The position numbers and the translations under genes are program-made. Below are positions 39,008 to 48,595 of a stretch of 64,000 bases of DNA, piece after piece. The stretch's first letter is position 1; the number at the start of each line of letters is the position of its first letter. Source of the stretch: Candidatus Micrarchaeota archaeon (GTDB lineage: Archaea > B1Sed10-29 > B47-G15). The stretch is taken from positions 1 to 64,000 of the forward strand of contig QMVG01000001.1 in the NCBI GenBank assembly GCA_003660975.1, in the 5' to 3' direction. Below the pieces are notes generated by a model that made no database searches, was not told the DNA's origin, and worked only from the letters and a program-made list of their open reading frames with translations.

Positions 39008-42000
39008 GTGGGGTTTGGAGATCTTTATTATAAGATTGAGGACAAGTGGTATGACCTTTTGGACTGGATTGAGGCCAAGGGCGTGCCTGTTTACTCTGTG
39101 GTTGACCCAATTGAGGATGCAGGCATTCCATCGCTTCCTGTTTTCGTGGGAATCTTTCTTTTGCTCTGCTACTTTGTCCTGACTGCGTTCGCGCCTGGCT
39201 TGGGAATTGCAGAGGAAGTAAATTTCTCTGTGCAGGTGTCTGACAGCAACGGAAACCTGATTCCAGACGCAGTGGTAAAAATAAGCAAAGGAGGGGAACT
39301 GCTCGTTGAGGGAAAGACATCCATACTTGGAAACTTTGACGCAAGCTTGCCGAAAGGCAGTTATGACATATCTGTCAGCGCTGCGGATTGTGATGGGATA
39401 TCAAAGCCGATTGAGGTTGTTGAAAGCGGTCAGGTAATCAGCATCACGCTGAACTGCGAGATGAGCTTTGCAAAGCAGGTAAGCATCTGCTTTGTCAGCA
39501 ATGACGGGGACACATTGGACACGCCCATAGAGGCAAACGAGGTTGACGAGTACGGCAACTTTATAGACAATGCGGGCAGATGTGATAATGCAGACAGCTG
39601 CAATTTCGAGCTAAAAGACAAATCGCTTTACGTCTTTGAGTCCCTGCATTACAGAAGCGAAATGGTTTACACCAAAAAGGATGTTGAAAGGATTTCTGAA
39701 AGGAAAAACTGCATAACGCTTGAAAGGAAAGAGGAGGAGATAGTTGAAAAAGGTTTGTTCACTGTCGAGCTGCTGCATTCTGACGGAAGCCCTGTTCCAT
39801 GGCAGCTGGTTAATTTAGTTTCTCCAGATAACCACAATTACATCATAGCAAGCCAGCACACGTCCAACGCTGGAAAGGACATAGGTAGCACGACGTTCAA
39901 GCTGAGGGTTGGCACGAAATTCATAATAGTCGTGCCTGGAGGCGAAAACACCACATACTACAAGGGAAACACAACATATGAGATAAGCTCAGAGCCACAG
40001 AGGGTGAGCATAAAATTAGACACGAGCGCAGACACTCTTTTCGCTGTAAGGGAAGAAAAAGCAGGAGTTCCAACACCTGTTCAGGGAGTTAAGATAACTG
40101 TCTTCAAAATAAAAGAGCCAAAGGACGAGATAGTTGCATTTGGCGAGACAGATAGGAATGGGGAGGCACACCTAAGCTTAACTGATGGCGAAAGATATAG
40201 GGTTTCCTTCTTCAAGGCAGGCTACAGGTATGTTGAAACAACAGTTAAGGGAGGAAGCGAGAAGGAGGTCGTCTTGGAGAAAATCTCAAAGGAAGAAGTG
40301 GGAACTGTTGATGTTTACGTGAGCATTGAGGGAAGAGAGCCTGTGAAGGATGCTATTGTCATTATGAAGCATTACGGAAACTCAAGCAAGACAGGATACG
40401 GCATCCTAAAAACAGACGCAAGAGGCCACGTGCATTACGAGTGGGTGCTTCCAGGGGAATACTGCATAATAGTGGCAAGGGCCAAGGACGAAACTAAGTG
40501 TGGGGAGCACAGCTTTACAGTGAAGGCAAATGAGAAGACAAGGGTCAATGTAGAGCTGAAGCCAATAATGTACAGCTTGGATGTCAATGTCCTGCTGAAA
40601 GGAGAGGGCGTGAGAGATGCAAAGGTATCTGTCAAAGACGCGTACTCTGGAGAGGCCATTGCATCTGGAAAAACAGATTACACTGGCTTCGTGAGCTTTC
40701 CGAACATAGCTGAGAGGAGCAAGATAAGGGTTTATGTGGAATACCTGCACAAAGATTTGGAAAGCGGCAGGACAACGCTTTACAGCCAGAGCACTGCCAA
40801 CATAATTGAGATGGATGATGATAAGGAAATCACCTTAAACCTTGTGGAGACAGGCACGAAAATCCAGTTTCTTGGTATAACAAGCAAAAGCGAGAGCTGG
40901 TGGTACGATGGCAGCAAGTGGGTGCAAGGAGCCCCTGAGCTGGTGGCAGGAAATGTGTATTACGCTGTCTTCGCTGTTGGGCTGCCCAAGCTTGAAGGAA
41001 AGAAATGGGATAGTGTTAAATTTTTGATAAGCAATCCTGAAAGCGAGGATTACGTGGCTCTCAGGAAGGCCGGAAACCTGCCCAGTTATATAAGAGACAG
41101 TAAAGCAGTTGAAAGCTCTTCAAGGTTATTCACTGTCTCTGGAAATTACGATGATAGCTCTGATATTATTTCTATATCAATTCCAATCAGGGTCAGACAG
41201 GTATTTGACGGGAGAGTGAAATACTTCCTGAACTTTTACGCTGAGTGGTGGAGAGGTAAAGACATTGTTAGAGACCCTGCAGGAAAGGACTTCAAGAAGA
41301 GCCCTGACTTTTATATTAGGGGCGAGCGCTGTTTCAAAAAAGGCAATTTCGGCATCTGCATAAAGGGAAAGAAAGAAGGCGGAATATTCTATCCTGACGA
41401 CCGATTCCACTTAGAGAAGGGAGAAAGCGCAAACTTTACCATAATAATCAGCAACGAAGGCTCTAATGCATTCGGCGGTAAGATAAAGCTGGAGGACCCA
41501 AAGAGGACAGTTGCTTTTGAAGACATAACTGCTGTCCTTACAACCCCTGAGGAGCAAGTAGGGTTAGAATATGGATTGGACAACGCAGCTGCCAGCATAA
41601 GCATAGACGCATCCCAGTATAAAAAAGAGGACGTGGCAGGGCTGCCTGTTGGCAGCAAAATCACGATAAAGACAAGAATAAAAGCAGTCTTCCCAATACA
41701 GTACACAGACATTGAGCTAAAAGTGGAAGGTAAAGCAGAGCAAGGGCTTGCTTACATATCATTCCCAATATCTGGAGATGCAGACGTACTGCTGAGAAAG
41801 AAGCCAGGGGCGATAACAGAGCTTGCAAGCAGTATCTTGTTCCAGGTAAGGGAAAACAACAGCGGCGCTCCTGGAAGGGCTGTTTACTTTGACCCCAGCA
41901 GTGTAAGTATTTACGGACCTGCATTGAACAAATTTTGTGGAGGAATCCTCTCCACGTCTTCAAGCAATGTGGGCTTCTCTGTTGACAGGCATGGAAACAT

Positions 42001-45000
42001 AACTGTTGACTTCAATGATTACTGCCACCTAAGTGTTGATCCACTCTTTGATGAAAAGCAGCAGATGTTCCTGTATGTAGAAAGCCCCATATTTGAAGGA
42101 AAAACCTTCTCAATACCTGTAAGCCCCTGCGTGCTCGGCGTGTCGCTGGACAAGAAAACAGTGTTCGCAGGAGGAGAATGCAATCTTCAATTAGTCTTTG
42201 ACGATGAGAAAAGCGGCTTGTATAAGGATGAAGAGTTGACTGAAGCTGCGAGCTCCTGCATTGGAGACAGGTGGCTTGTAGTACGTAAAAACGAGAACTG
42301 CAACCCTGTTTTCGGAGAAATAAAAGAAAAGAACGTGAGCATAGAAGCAAAGGAAAGTTGGGTTGCTGGTGAATGGGTCAAGGCAAATATATCAGGCGAA
42401 AAGCTGGAAAAGAACGTTAATAATGAAATTGTAAGCTTCTCGTACGAAGAGATTCCTCCTGACGTGGTGGGAGACAGGGACATAGGAGATCTTGACAAGG
42501 AAGAGGTAAACGGGGCTGCTGTGCTGAAAATCAAGGCAACGGCTAAAAATGAAGTCAATGGCGACGTGTACGTCAGGCAGGACATAGAGATGCCTCTGGT
42601 CATAAGGGATGCAGGCAACTGCCTCACAGTGCCTGAAAGGGAAAGCACTGTGCAGATTCTCCCAAACATAGTGTGCCCGATTAACTTTGAAATAGGCAAC
42701 TTCCCAGGAATTGAAGGCGGAGAGCCCGTGTGCAGCAAGAGCAATTCAATCACATACATATTCGGAAGGAGCGACAAGGACTACTGCAATGACCTTGACC
42801 TTAATAAGATAGAGTCCTTAGAAGTGGAATACAATGAAGAAGAATACAGTGAAAGTAGTTTTGTCCATGTTTCAAGCAAAAGCACTGGGCTGAACGTAAG
42901 TATAACCAAAGGCAGTGGAGAGAACCCACCAAGGACTGTAAAGCTGACAGTTAAACCGAAGATAGAGGGCTTCAAGACAGAAAGGAAAGTCATTGTCAAT
43001 GCTAACCTGGACGGTGGTGGATGCTATGACGCAAATGAGATAGGGAGGGTAAAGCTGCACGGGAACACAGAGTGCAAGATAACGTTCAGCGCAGGTGAAT
43101 CCTCTGGCGGAGAAGGATATATCGAGTGTAAAGACATTGAAGAGGCAGAAGATTACAAAACAGCAACAGTCGAGATAAAAAAGAGGGTGGATGAATGCCC
43201 TGACTTTTTAATCAGCAGCGCGAGTATCGAGGGAGATTCGAATTGGGAGATTACTGAAACTGGCGATAAATATGTAAAAGTGAAGTACGACAAGGGGGAC
43301 TTCAGATACGGGGACACATTTGAGGCAAATCTAAACCTGGAATTAGAGCTCAACTATGAGAACGGGAAAGAGCTTTCAGAAAATATCGTTGTCCCTCTTG
43401 AGACAGGGCTCAACCTGCCTGGCTGGGAAAATGTATATGCAAAAGCAGTGCAGCCTTACCATTTCAATGATGACGGCTCAGTTGACGTTTCGTCGCTTGA
43501 CTGCGAATCAAATGCCTGCAACCTGGAGCAGGCAATGCTATGGCTCAAAGAGCAAAGCAATGACTTCACAAGCAGTCCTGAGGAGGGGATAAGCTTCAAT
43601 CTCGTTCACACGGGCGCCACGGTCCACGACATACAGGCTGCTATGGAAAAAATTGAAAGCGGGAAAAACATTGTGGTGGCAGATAATGTTGATGGCTCAA
43701 GTGGTGATGCGATAGTCATTTCAAGTGACTCTGAACTGGGCTTGGGAGAAAACGCGCTGAGAATAAACAAGGCGAGGAGCGACGGCGAGGAGATAATACC
43801 ATTCCTGCGATTCTCCAACAAGGGAGCAGGTGAAATCAACTCTAGGAAGGCAAGATACTTTAATTACTACTTGCCATTGGTTGCCGATGGGAGCAGTGAA
43901 CTGAATACAATGGTGGATGCTCCAGAGGACTTAAAGGAGAACGTTAAAGAGATGCTGGCAGAGATGTGGGGCTTGCAAGCAGAAGAGCTGAGCTGGCCTT
44001 CTGTGTCCTATTCTGCGAGGATAGTGGTAAAGAGCTGTGGAGTAGATGACAACAGCGAATGCTGCTCTGATTACAATGAGAAGGTCGGCAGCTCGTCCAC
44101 TCCTGCTGTCTTCGTGCTCACCTCTGGCCAAACTGTGCCAGTCACTTGCGTGGTGGCGAGAAACGAGAAGGCCCTCAGCAACTTCATTGAAACCGTAAGC
44201 AGCTTCCTGGAAGGCAGCAAAAGAATGGCCTACAATAAGGACAAGGACTACCTAACTACCCAGAGGAACTTCATAATCCTGAAAGGCGTTGAAGGAAGCA
44301 GCGACTTCTTTGCTGACACTAACAGGTGGCAAAAAGTAAATGATGAACTGAAAGATGAAATAGCTTCTGTGCTGGGCGTTGACAAGAAAAAGGCAATGCT
44401 GGTCCACATGGAACCAGAGGAAAACTGGGAGAACACATATGTGGCTCCTGACATGACCATATTCGTGTGTTCAAAAGGCGAACAGTGCGGCTGGGATTCT
44501 CTTGAAATAAATTCATTACCAGAGTTTGAAGGAGCACACATATGGATTCCAGAAGGAGGCATGTACAAGTACGACAGCAGTATTGGAAGCTTCCTACTTG
44601 TAGATGACAGCGAAAAGGACTCCTGGATAAGCATAGGCAAAAAGCTGCTGCCATACGAAGGAAATACCTACATCCACGCTATTGATGAGAACAACCGCAA
44701 CACGAAACTGTGCCCCAACTCAGAAAGCTGCGTTATCGGAATAAAGAACATCAATGGAATCACGAAAGCAGTGGTGGACGCAAAGGAAATGACTGATGAG
44801 GAGCTGCTTAGCTACGTGAAGAAGGCCGAAGGAAATGAATACTTTGCGCTGCACCTAATCCCAACAGACGAGGAAAAGGATATAGGGAAGCAGTGCAGGG
44901 TGGAAGACGAGGAAGTAAAGATACTTGATGAAAACGGGAATGAAGCGCAACTTGGCTACGGAAACGTTTACCTTGTGGCAGTGGAGAAGGCAGAGACCGG

Positions 45001-46216
45001 CGACAGCAAGAAGGCCGTTTACCTCAAAGAGCTGACCAGCTTCGAAACGCCTGAGCTGGGCGACTGTTATGTTGGGGCAGAGGAAATGGATATTAATCAG
45101 TTAATGGATTTGATTACAGAAAACATTTACGGCACTGAAGACGCAGAGCCCAAGCTCCAGAAGGGAGAACTTATCAAAATTGTTAGGATAAATAATCCTT
45201 ACTATAAAAAGTTTGGTTATTATGACCCAGACGATAAGATATCCTCGTTTGAAGTCTATGAAGGAGACACCTCTGTGAGCAGGCTTGTCCAAGGGGGTTA
45301 TTACAAACTATCAATAACTGCCCCAGAGTCAAAAGAGAGACAGTATAAAATTAAATTAGAACTTCTCAAAATTGATACAAGTGGATTGGAAGGTAAAGAG
45401 ATTGGGTTCCTCGGGTTGGCCAAAAAAGCCATTGTTAGATATCCAACATATAATGAAGGAAAGATTGCTATTGTCAAAGGAGGGGAATGCAATGATGCAG
45501 TAACAGAAATAAATTATTGTAGAAATGATGATCTGGTGTTCCACAAGCAAGTAGAGGGGAGTGTGAAGTATAAATTAAAAGAAGGTGGACCTTTAGGCGG
45601 TTATGTGATAGAGCCTAAATATTATTGCCAGAAAAATGATGCTAACTTACGCGAAAGCTTTTGTGTTGAATCTGATAAGATCCCAACTCCAGGTTTAGAC
45701 GAAAAGGAGGTATATAAAATATTTGAATGTCCTGCTCCTTTAGGATATGTTGCACATAAAGTTGGAGATACACATATGAAAGATACGATAAATCAAATTG
45801 TCACTTTTATGTTTATGCAAGGAGGAGTCTTTTACAGACCTTCCGTAGCACCCATCCCAGACAGGCAACCAAGTTGCATTAGTGAGAAGGCATTCGATTA
45901 TATGGATAGATATAATGACCTATTGTATTATGCGAGACCAAGTTTTCATAATTATATGGGTGAATACTTCTCTAATGGTTATCAATCCTCCACTGTAAGT
46001 GGCACCCATAAACCATATATTGGCAAGCCAATCAAATATGGAGACGGAAATCAGTACTTTGCGTGTGGGTCACTAGATGGTTATGAGTACAGTAGCTTTG
46101 TTCCACCTTATTACTGCTGCGACGTCGGACTCGGCCTCCACGTTACAAATGGACACTGCTGTCCTATTGGTTTTGATTGGAATGAAGGAAAAAAACTGTG
46201 TGTAAGGACTGGCTGA
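39008..46216 (+). CDS. Giant N-terminally anchored surface protein with repeated carboxypeptidase-regulatory-like/prealbumin-type beta-sandwich domains
   Basis: 2402 aa. Amphipathic N-terminus plus TM, repeats of the type P(I/V)..A.V.I......G.TD..G...F..L..G.Y, acidic Cys-paired C-terminal domains. Confidence 0.8.
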   Translation: MGFGDLYYKIEDKWYDLLDWIEAKGVPVYSVVDPIEDAGIPSLPVFVGIFLLLCYFVLTAFAPGLGIAEEVNFSVQVSDSNGNLIPDAVVKISKGGELLVEGKTSILGNFDASLPKGSYDISVSAADCDGISKPIEVVESGQVISITLNCEMSFAKQVSICFVSNDGDTLDTPIEANEVDEYGNFIDNAGRCDNADSCNFELKDKSLYVFESLHYRSEMVYTKKDVERISERKNCITLERKEEEIVEKGLFTVELLHSDGSPVPWQLVNLVSPDNHNYIIASQHTSNAGKDIGSTTFKLRVGTKFIIVVPGGENTTYYKGNTTYEISSEPQRVSIKLDTSADTLFAVREEKAGVPTPVQGVKITVFKIKEPKDEIVAFGETDRNGEAHLSLTDGERYRVSFFKAGYRYVETTVKGGSEKEVVLEKISKEEVGTVDVYVSIEGREPVKDAIVIMKHYGNSSKTGYGILKTDARGHVHYEWVLPGEYCIIVARAKDETKCGEHSFTVKANEKTRVNVELKPIMYSLDVNVLLKGEGVRDAKVSVKDAYSGEAIASGKTDYTGFVSFPNIAERSKIRVYVEYLHKDLESGRTTLYSQSTANIIEMDDDKEITLNLVETGTKIQFLGITSKSESWWYDGSKWVQGAPELVAGNVYYAVFAVGLPKLEGKKWDSVKFLISNPESEDYVALRKAGNLPSYIRDSKAVESSSRLFTVSGNYDDSSDIISISIPIRVRQVFDGRVKYFLNFYAEWWRGKDIVRDPAGKDFKKSPDFYIRGERCFKKGNFGICIKGKKEGGIFYPDDRFHLEKGESANFTIIISNEGSNAFGGKIKLEDPKRTVAFEDITAVLTTPEEQVGLEYGLDNAAASISIDASQYKKEDVAGLPVGSKITIKTRIKAVFPIQYTDIELKVEGKAEQGLAYISFPISGDADVLLRKKPGAITELASSILFQVRENNSGAPGRAVYFDPSSVSIYGPALNKFCGGILSTSSSNVGFSVDRHGNITVDFNDYCHLSVDPLFDEKQQMFLYVESPIFEGKTFSIPVSPCVLGVSLDKKTVFAGGECNLQLVFDDEKSGLYKDEELTEAASSCIGDRWLVVRKNENCNPVFGEIKEKNVSIEAKESWVAGEWVKANISGEKLEKNVNNEIVSFSYEEIPPDVVGDRDIGDLDKEEVNGAAVLKIKATAKNEVNGDVYVRQDIEMPLVIRDAGNCLTVPERESTVQILPNIVCPINFEIGNFPGIEGGEPVCSKSNSITYIFGRSDKDYCNDLDLNKIESLEVEYNEEEYSESSFVHVSSKSTGLNVSITKGSGENPPRTVKLTVKPKIEGFKTERKVIVNANLDGGGCYDANEIGRVKLHGNTECKITFSAGESSGGEGYIECKDIEEAEDYKTATVEIKKRVDECPDFLISSASIEGDSNWEITETGDKYVKVKYDKGDFRYGDTFEANLNLELELNYENGKELSENIVVPLETGLNLPGWENVYAKAVQPYHFNDDGSVDVSSLDCESNACNLEQAMLWLKEQSNDFTSSPEEGISFNLVHTGATVHDIQAAMEKIESGKNIVVADNVDGSSGDAIVISSDSELGLGENALRINKARSDGEEIIPFLRFSNKGAGEINSRKARYFNYYLPLVADGSSELNTMVDAPEDLKENVKEMLAEMWGLQAEELSWPSVSYSARIVVKSCGVDDNSECCSDYNEKVGSSSTPAVFVLTSGQTVPVTCVVARNEKALSNFIETVSSFLEGSKRMAYNKDKDYLTTQRNFIILKGVEGSSDFFADTNRWQKVNDELKDEIASVLGVDKKKAMLVHMEPEENWENTYVAPDMTIFVCSKGEQCGWDSLEINSLPEFEGAHIWIPEGGMYKYDSSIGSFLLVDDSEKDSWISIGKKLLPYEGNTYIHAIDENNRNTKLCPNSESCVIGIKNINGITKAVVDAKEMTDEELLSYVKKAEGNEYFALHLIPTDEEKDIGKQCRVEDEEVKILDENGNEAQLGYGNVYLVAVEKAETGDSKKAVYLKELTSFETPELGDCYVGAEEMDINQLMDLITENIYGTEDAEPKLQKGELIKIVRINNPYYKKFGYYDPDDKISSFEVYEGDTSVSRLVQGGYYKLSITAPESKERQYKIKLELLKIDTSGLEGKEIGFLGLAKKAIVRYPTYNEGKIAIVKGGECNDAVTEINYCRNDDLVFHKQVEGSVKYKLKEGGPLGGYVIEPKYYCQKNDANLRESFCVESDKIPTPGLDEKEVYKIFECPAPLGYVAHKVGDTHMKDTINQIVTFMFMQGGVFYRPSVAPIPDRQPSCISEKAFDYMDRYNDLLYYARPSFHNYMGEYFSNGYQSSTVSGTHKPYIGKPIKYGDGNQYFACGSLDGYEYSSFVPPYYCCDVGLGLHVTNGHCCPIGFDWNEGKKLCVRTG

Positions 46217-46227
46217 ATTCTAAAAGC

Positions 46228-46235
46228 TTTTTAAA
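46228..46235 (+). promoter_or_regulatory. TATA box with BRE for the small membrane protein operon (leaderless)
   Basis: AAAAG-C-TTTTTAAA, about 23 nt upstream of ATG 46258. Confidence 0.55.
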
Positions 46236-46257
46236 CCTCTTGTTCTTGTATATCTTG

Positions 46258-46620
46258 ATGGAGCCAATGGCAAGCATTGCAGTGATAGGGATAATAAGCA
46301 GGATACTCGGAGATATCAACCTGGCTGTAACTGGCTTCAAGATAATTGTTTTGCTCTTTGTCATACAGTTCATACGCTCGCATTTTGACGCAGGGCCTAT
46401 TCCTGTGCTGCTCACACTGATAATTGGGTACATATTCCTCTTCCAATACTGGGAGATATTCGGTCCGATAATGCTTGTTTACTTTTTCATAATATTTGGA
46501 TTTGTCTCAGTGCTGCTTGACATAGCCATAGTCAAGCCTTGGGCAGGAGGAGGTCATGTCAAAAAACCAGACATGACAAGTAAAGATATGTTGGAGAGGA
46601 TGAGAAAATACCATGGGTGA
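46258..46620 (+). CDS. Small polytopic membrane protein, family A paralog 1
   Basis: Hydrophobic hairpin ..QFIRSHFDAG..IIGYIFLFQYW; start re-chosen from the TATA spacing. Confidence 0.75.
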   Translation: MEPMASIAVIGIISRILGDINLAVTGFKIIVLLFVIQFIRSHFDAGPIPVLLTLIIGYIFLFQYWEIFGPIMLVYFFIIFGFVSVLLDIAIVKPWAGGGHVKKPDMTSKDMLERMRKYHG

Positions 46621-46624
46621 TTGA

Positions 46625-46990
46625 ATGAACAAAGGGTTTACTGTTGTTCCAATGATAATAATCGCTCTCATATTTTTAGTTATAATAGGGCTTGGGGTTG
46701 CGCTTATAGTAAAAATACCAATACTTAACATAATGTTTAGGTTTTACATGCTCATCATAATATACACTTTCGTGAGGAGGATAGTTGGGACAGGGATATT
46801 GGCATATGTCATAACCGCAATACTAGCATACATATTCGTGTGGAAGCTCTGGGTTATGGCAGCAGGCGTATATCTCTCATATATCATATTTAGCTTTGGA
46901 ATCTCAGGCATAATCATATTCGGCCTTGAGGGAATGTGGAGAAGAGGTGGAGGAGAAGTGGCTGAGGAGGCAGCTAAAAGGCTGGCATAG
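46625..46990 (+). CDS. Small polytopic membrane protein, family A paralog 2, with class III-like signal
   Basis: MNKG/FTVVPMIIIAL and ..TFVRRIVGTG..ILAYIFVWKLW. Confidence 0.75.
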   Translation: MNKGFTVVPMIIIALIFLVIIGLGVALIVKIPILNIMFRFYMLIIIYTFVRRIVGTGILAYVITAILAYIFVWKLWVMAAGVYLSYIIFSFGISGIIIFGLEGMWRRGGGEVAEEAAKRLA

Positions 46991-47020
46991 TTATATTAAT
47001 AAAAAATGTAATAATATTGC

Positions 47021-47260
47021 GTGATGCATATGGGAGGTCTTTGGTCTGACATAGGTATTGCCATTACAATAATACTATTTGTATATCTAGTAAAATGGGC
47101 AAGCGATTTAACGAAAAGCAAAACACTGGGCATTATAATAGGGGCTGCTATAGCTTACTTTACATTCTACCAGCACTTTGAAGTATTGCTATTCGTACTG
47201 CTGTTCTTCTTCGGTTATCCGTTCTGGGAGAGCTTAACAAAGGGATTCCTTGGAGAGTGA
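47021..47260 (+). CDS. Small membrane protein, family A paralog 3
   Basis: ..KWASDLTKS..AIAYFTFYQHF. Confidence 0.68.
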   Translation: MMHMGGLWSDIGIAITIILFVYLVKWASDLTKSKTLGIIIGAAIAYFTFYQHFEVLLFVLLFFFGYPFWESLTKGFLGE

Positions 47261-47264
47261 AGCA

Positions 47265-47555
47265 ATGGATCAGTTCTCTACGATAGTGTTGATTGTAATG
47301 ATGTTCCTAGCCTGGACCAGAGACCTGACATGGCTTTTCATAGGTCTTGTAGTCATACTTGTACTAACCAGTAAGAGCATAGGTCTTGCAGCGCTTTTCA
47401 TAGCGGGGGCTGCCATAACCTGGCTGCTGAACTTAAAGGAATACTGGGTAATAGTGATGATATTGATGGCATTGATAGTAATAGCTGTTAAAAGAAAAGA
47501 GGGCTCGTCTGCTGGATATTATTCCCCAGAGCTGTTGAGGTTATTGGGTGGGTAA
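47265..47555 (+). CDS. Small polytopic membrane protein
   Basis: About 4 short TM segments and a C-terminal YYSPELLRLLGG; start 47250 or 47265. Confidence 0.7.
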   Translation: MDQFSTIVLIVMMFLAWTRDLTWLFIGLVVILVLTSKSIGLAALFIAGAAITWLLNLKEYWVIVMILMALIVIAVKRKEGSSAGYYSPELLRLLGG

Positions 47556-47897
47556 ATGGCAAATGAAGGTATTGTAGTGCTGTCTTTTATCCTAATCTTA
47601 TTGGGATTCTACCTAAAACAGCTATGGCTCAGCTTCATATTTATAATGGTGATATTCGCTTTACTGCTCACAAGGCCTAGTAAAAAGGCGAAGAAAGCTG
47701 CTCCAAGAGGACCTGTGGTAAGGCCTATAATAGTGAAGAGAAAGTATGTGGGGCCTGAGTCAATATATCCTGAAAAAATGCATATTAAAATAACGCCTAG
47801 GGCCCCTGATGACTGGTATGAATATGGGGGAGAGTATCTGGGAGGATTTATAGGTAAAAGCTTAAGGTTCATAAAGAGAAAATTGGGAGGAGATTAA
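47556..47897 (+). CDS. 2-TM protein, family B paralog 1
   Basis: TM hairpin, basic linker, RPIIV...IYPEKMHIKITP, amphipathic C-terminal helix. Confidence 0.75.
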   Translation: MANEGIVVLSFILILLGFYLKQLWLSFIFIMVIFALLLTRPSKKAKKAAPRGPVVRPIIVKRKYVGPESIYPEKMHIKITPRAPDDWYEYGGEYLGGFIGKSLRFIKRKLGGD

Positions 47898-48242
47898 GTG
47901 TTAAATGTCTTTGCATTCTTAATTGTTGTCTTTCTGGTTGCATTATTCTTGAGAATTGACATCGTTGTATACCTGACTATCATAGTGGCGATAATTCTTG
48001 CTTTGACATACAAAAAGCCAGAGGAGAAGAAAGTAGCTGAAAAGGCAGCTCCGAGAGAGGTTATATATCCTGTTATATATGAAGATGCTGGAGAGCCTCC
48101 ATACTTATATCCTAAGAAGCAACAGATAAAAGTCAGACCAAATCAGATAGATGATGTTGAATGGGAAAAGACAGTTGCCATGCCTGGTAGAATACTGGCA
48201 AGCATAATGGGCTTCTTTACTGGAAAATATAAGAAGAAGTGA
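47898..48242 (+). CDS. 2-TM protein, family B paralog 2
   Basis: TM hairpin, KAAP, YPVIY...LYPKKQQIKVRP. Confidence 0.75.
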   Translation: MLNVFAFLIVVFLVALFLRIDIVVYLTIIVAIILALTYKKPEEKKVAEKAAPREVIYPVIYEDAGEPPYLYPKKQQIKVRPNQIDDVEWEKTVAMPGRILASIMGFFTGKYKKK

Positions 48243-48595
48243 TGGCTATGAGGTTTGACTTGTTCCTCTTTGTGTTTTTCATTGGGCTTTTCTTTTACTT
48301 GTCTGGATACAAGGCACTCTCACTTGTGCTCTTCATAATCTCTGTTGTACTGCTGCTCTATGACAGGCCAAAAAGGGCAAAAAAGGCAGCTGCTGGCTAT
48401 GAAATGGGAGAACCAATTATAATTGAGAGCACAAGAAATGCTCCATTTAGGATACCTGACAAATACTGGCTGAAGGTAGCCCCGAAAAAGGGCCCTGCGC
48501 AGCCAGGAGGCAAGTTTACCAAGGCAGGTTTTAAGACATTCGGCAGGATAAACGAATATATTGCTGATAAGGTAAAAGAATGGTGGAATGGCTGA
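48239..48595 (+). CDS. 2-TM protein, family B paralog 3
   Basis: TM hairpin, RPKRAKKAA, EPIII...RIPDKYWLKVAP. Confidence 0.75.
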   Translation: MMAMRFDLFLFVFFIGLFFYLSGYKALSLVLFIISVVLLLYDRPKRAKKAAAGYEMGEPIIIESTRNAPFRIPDKYWLKVAPKKGPAQPGGKFTKAGFKTFGRINEYIADKVKEWWNG

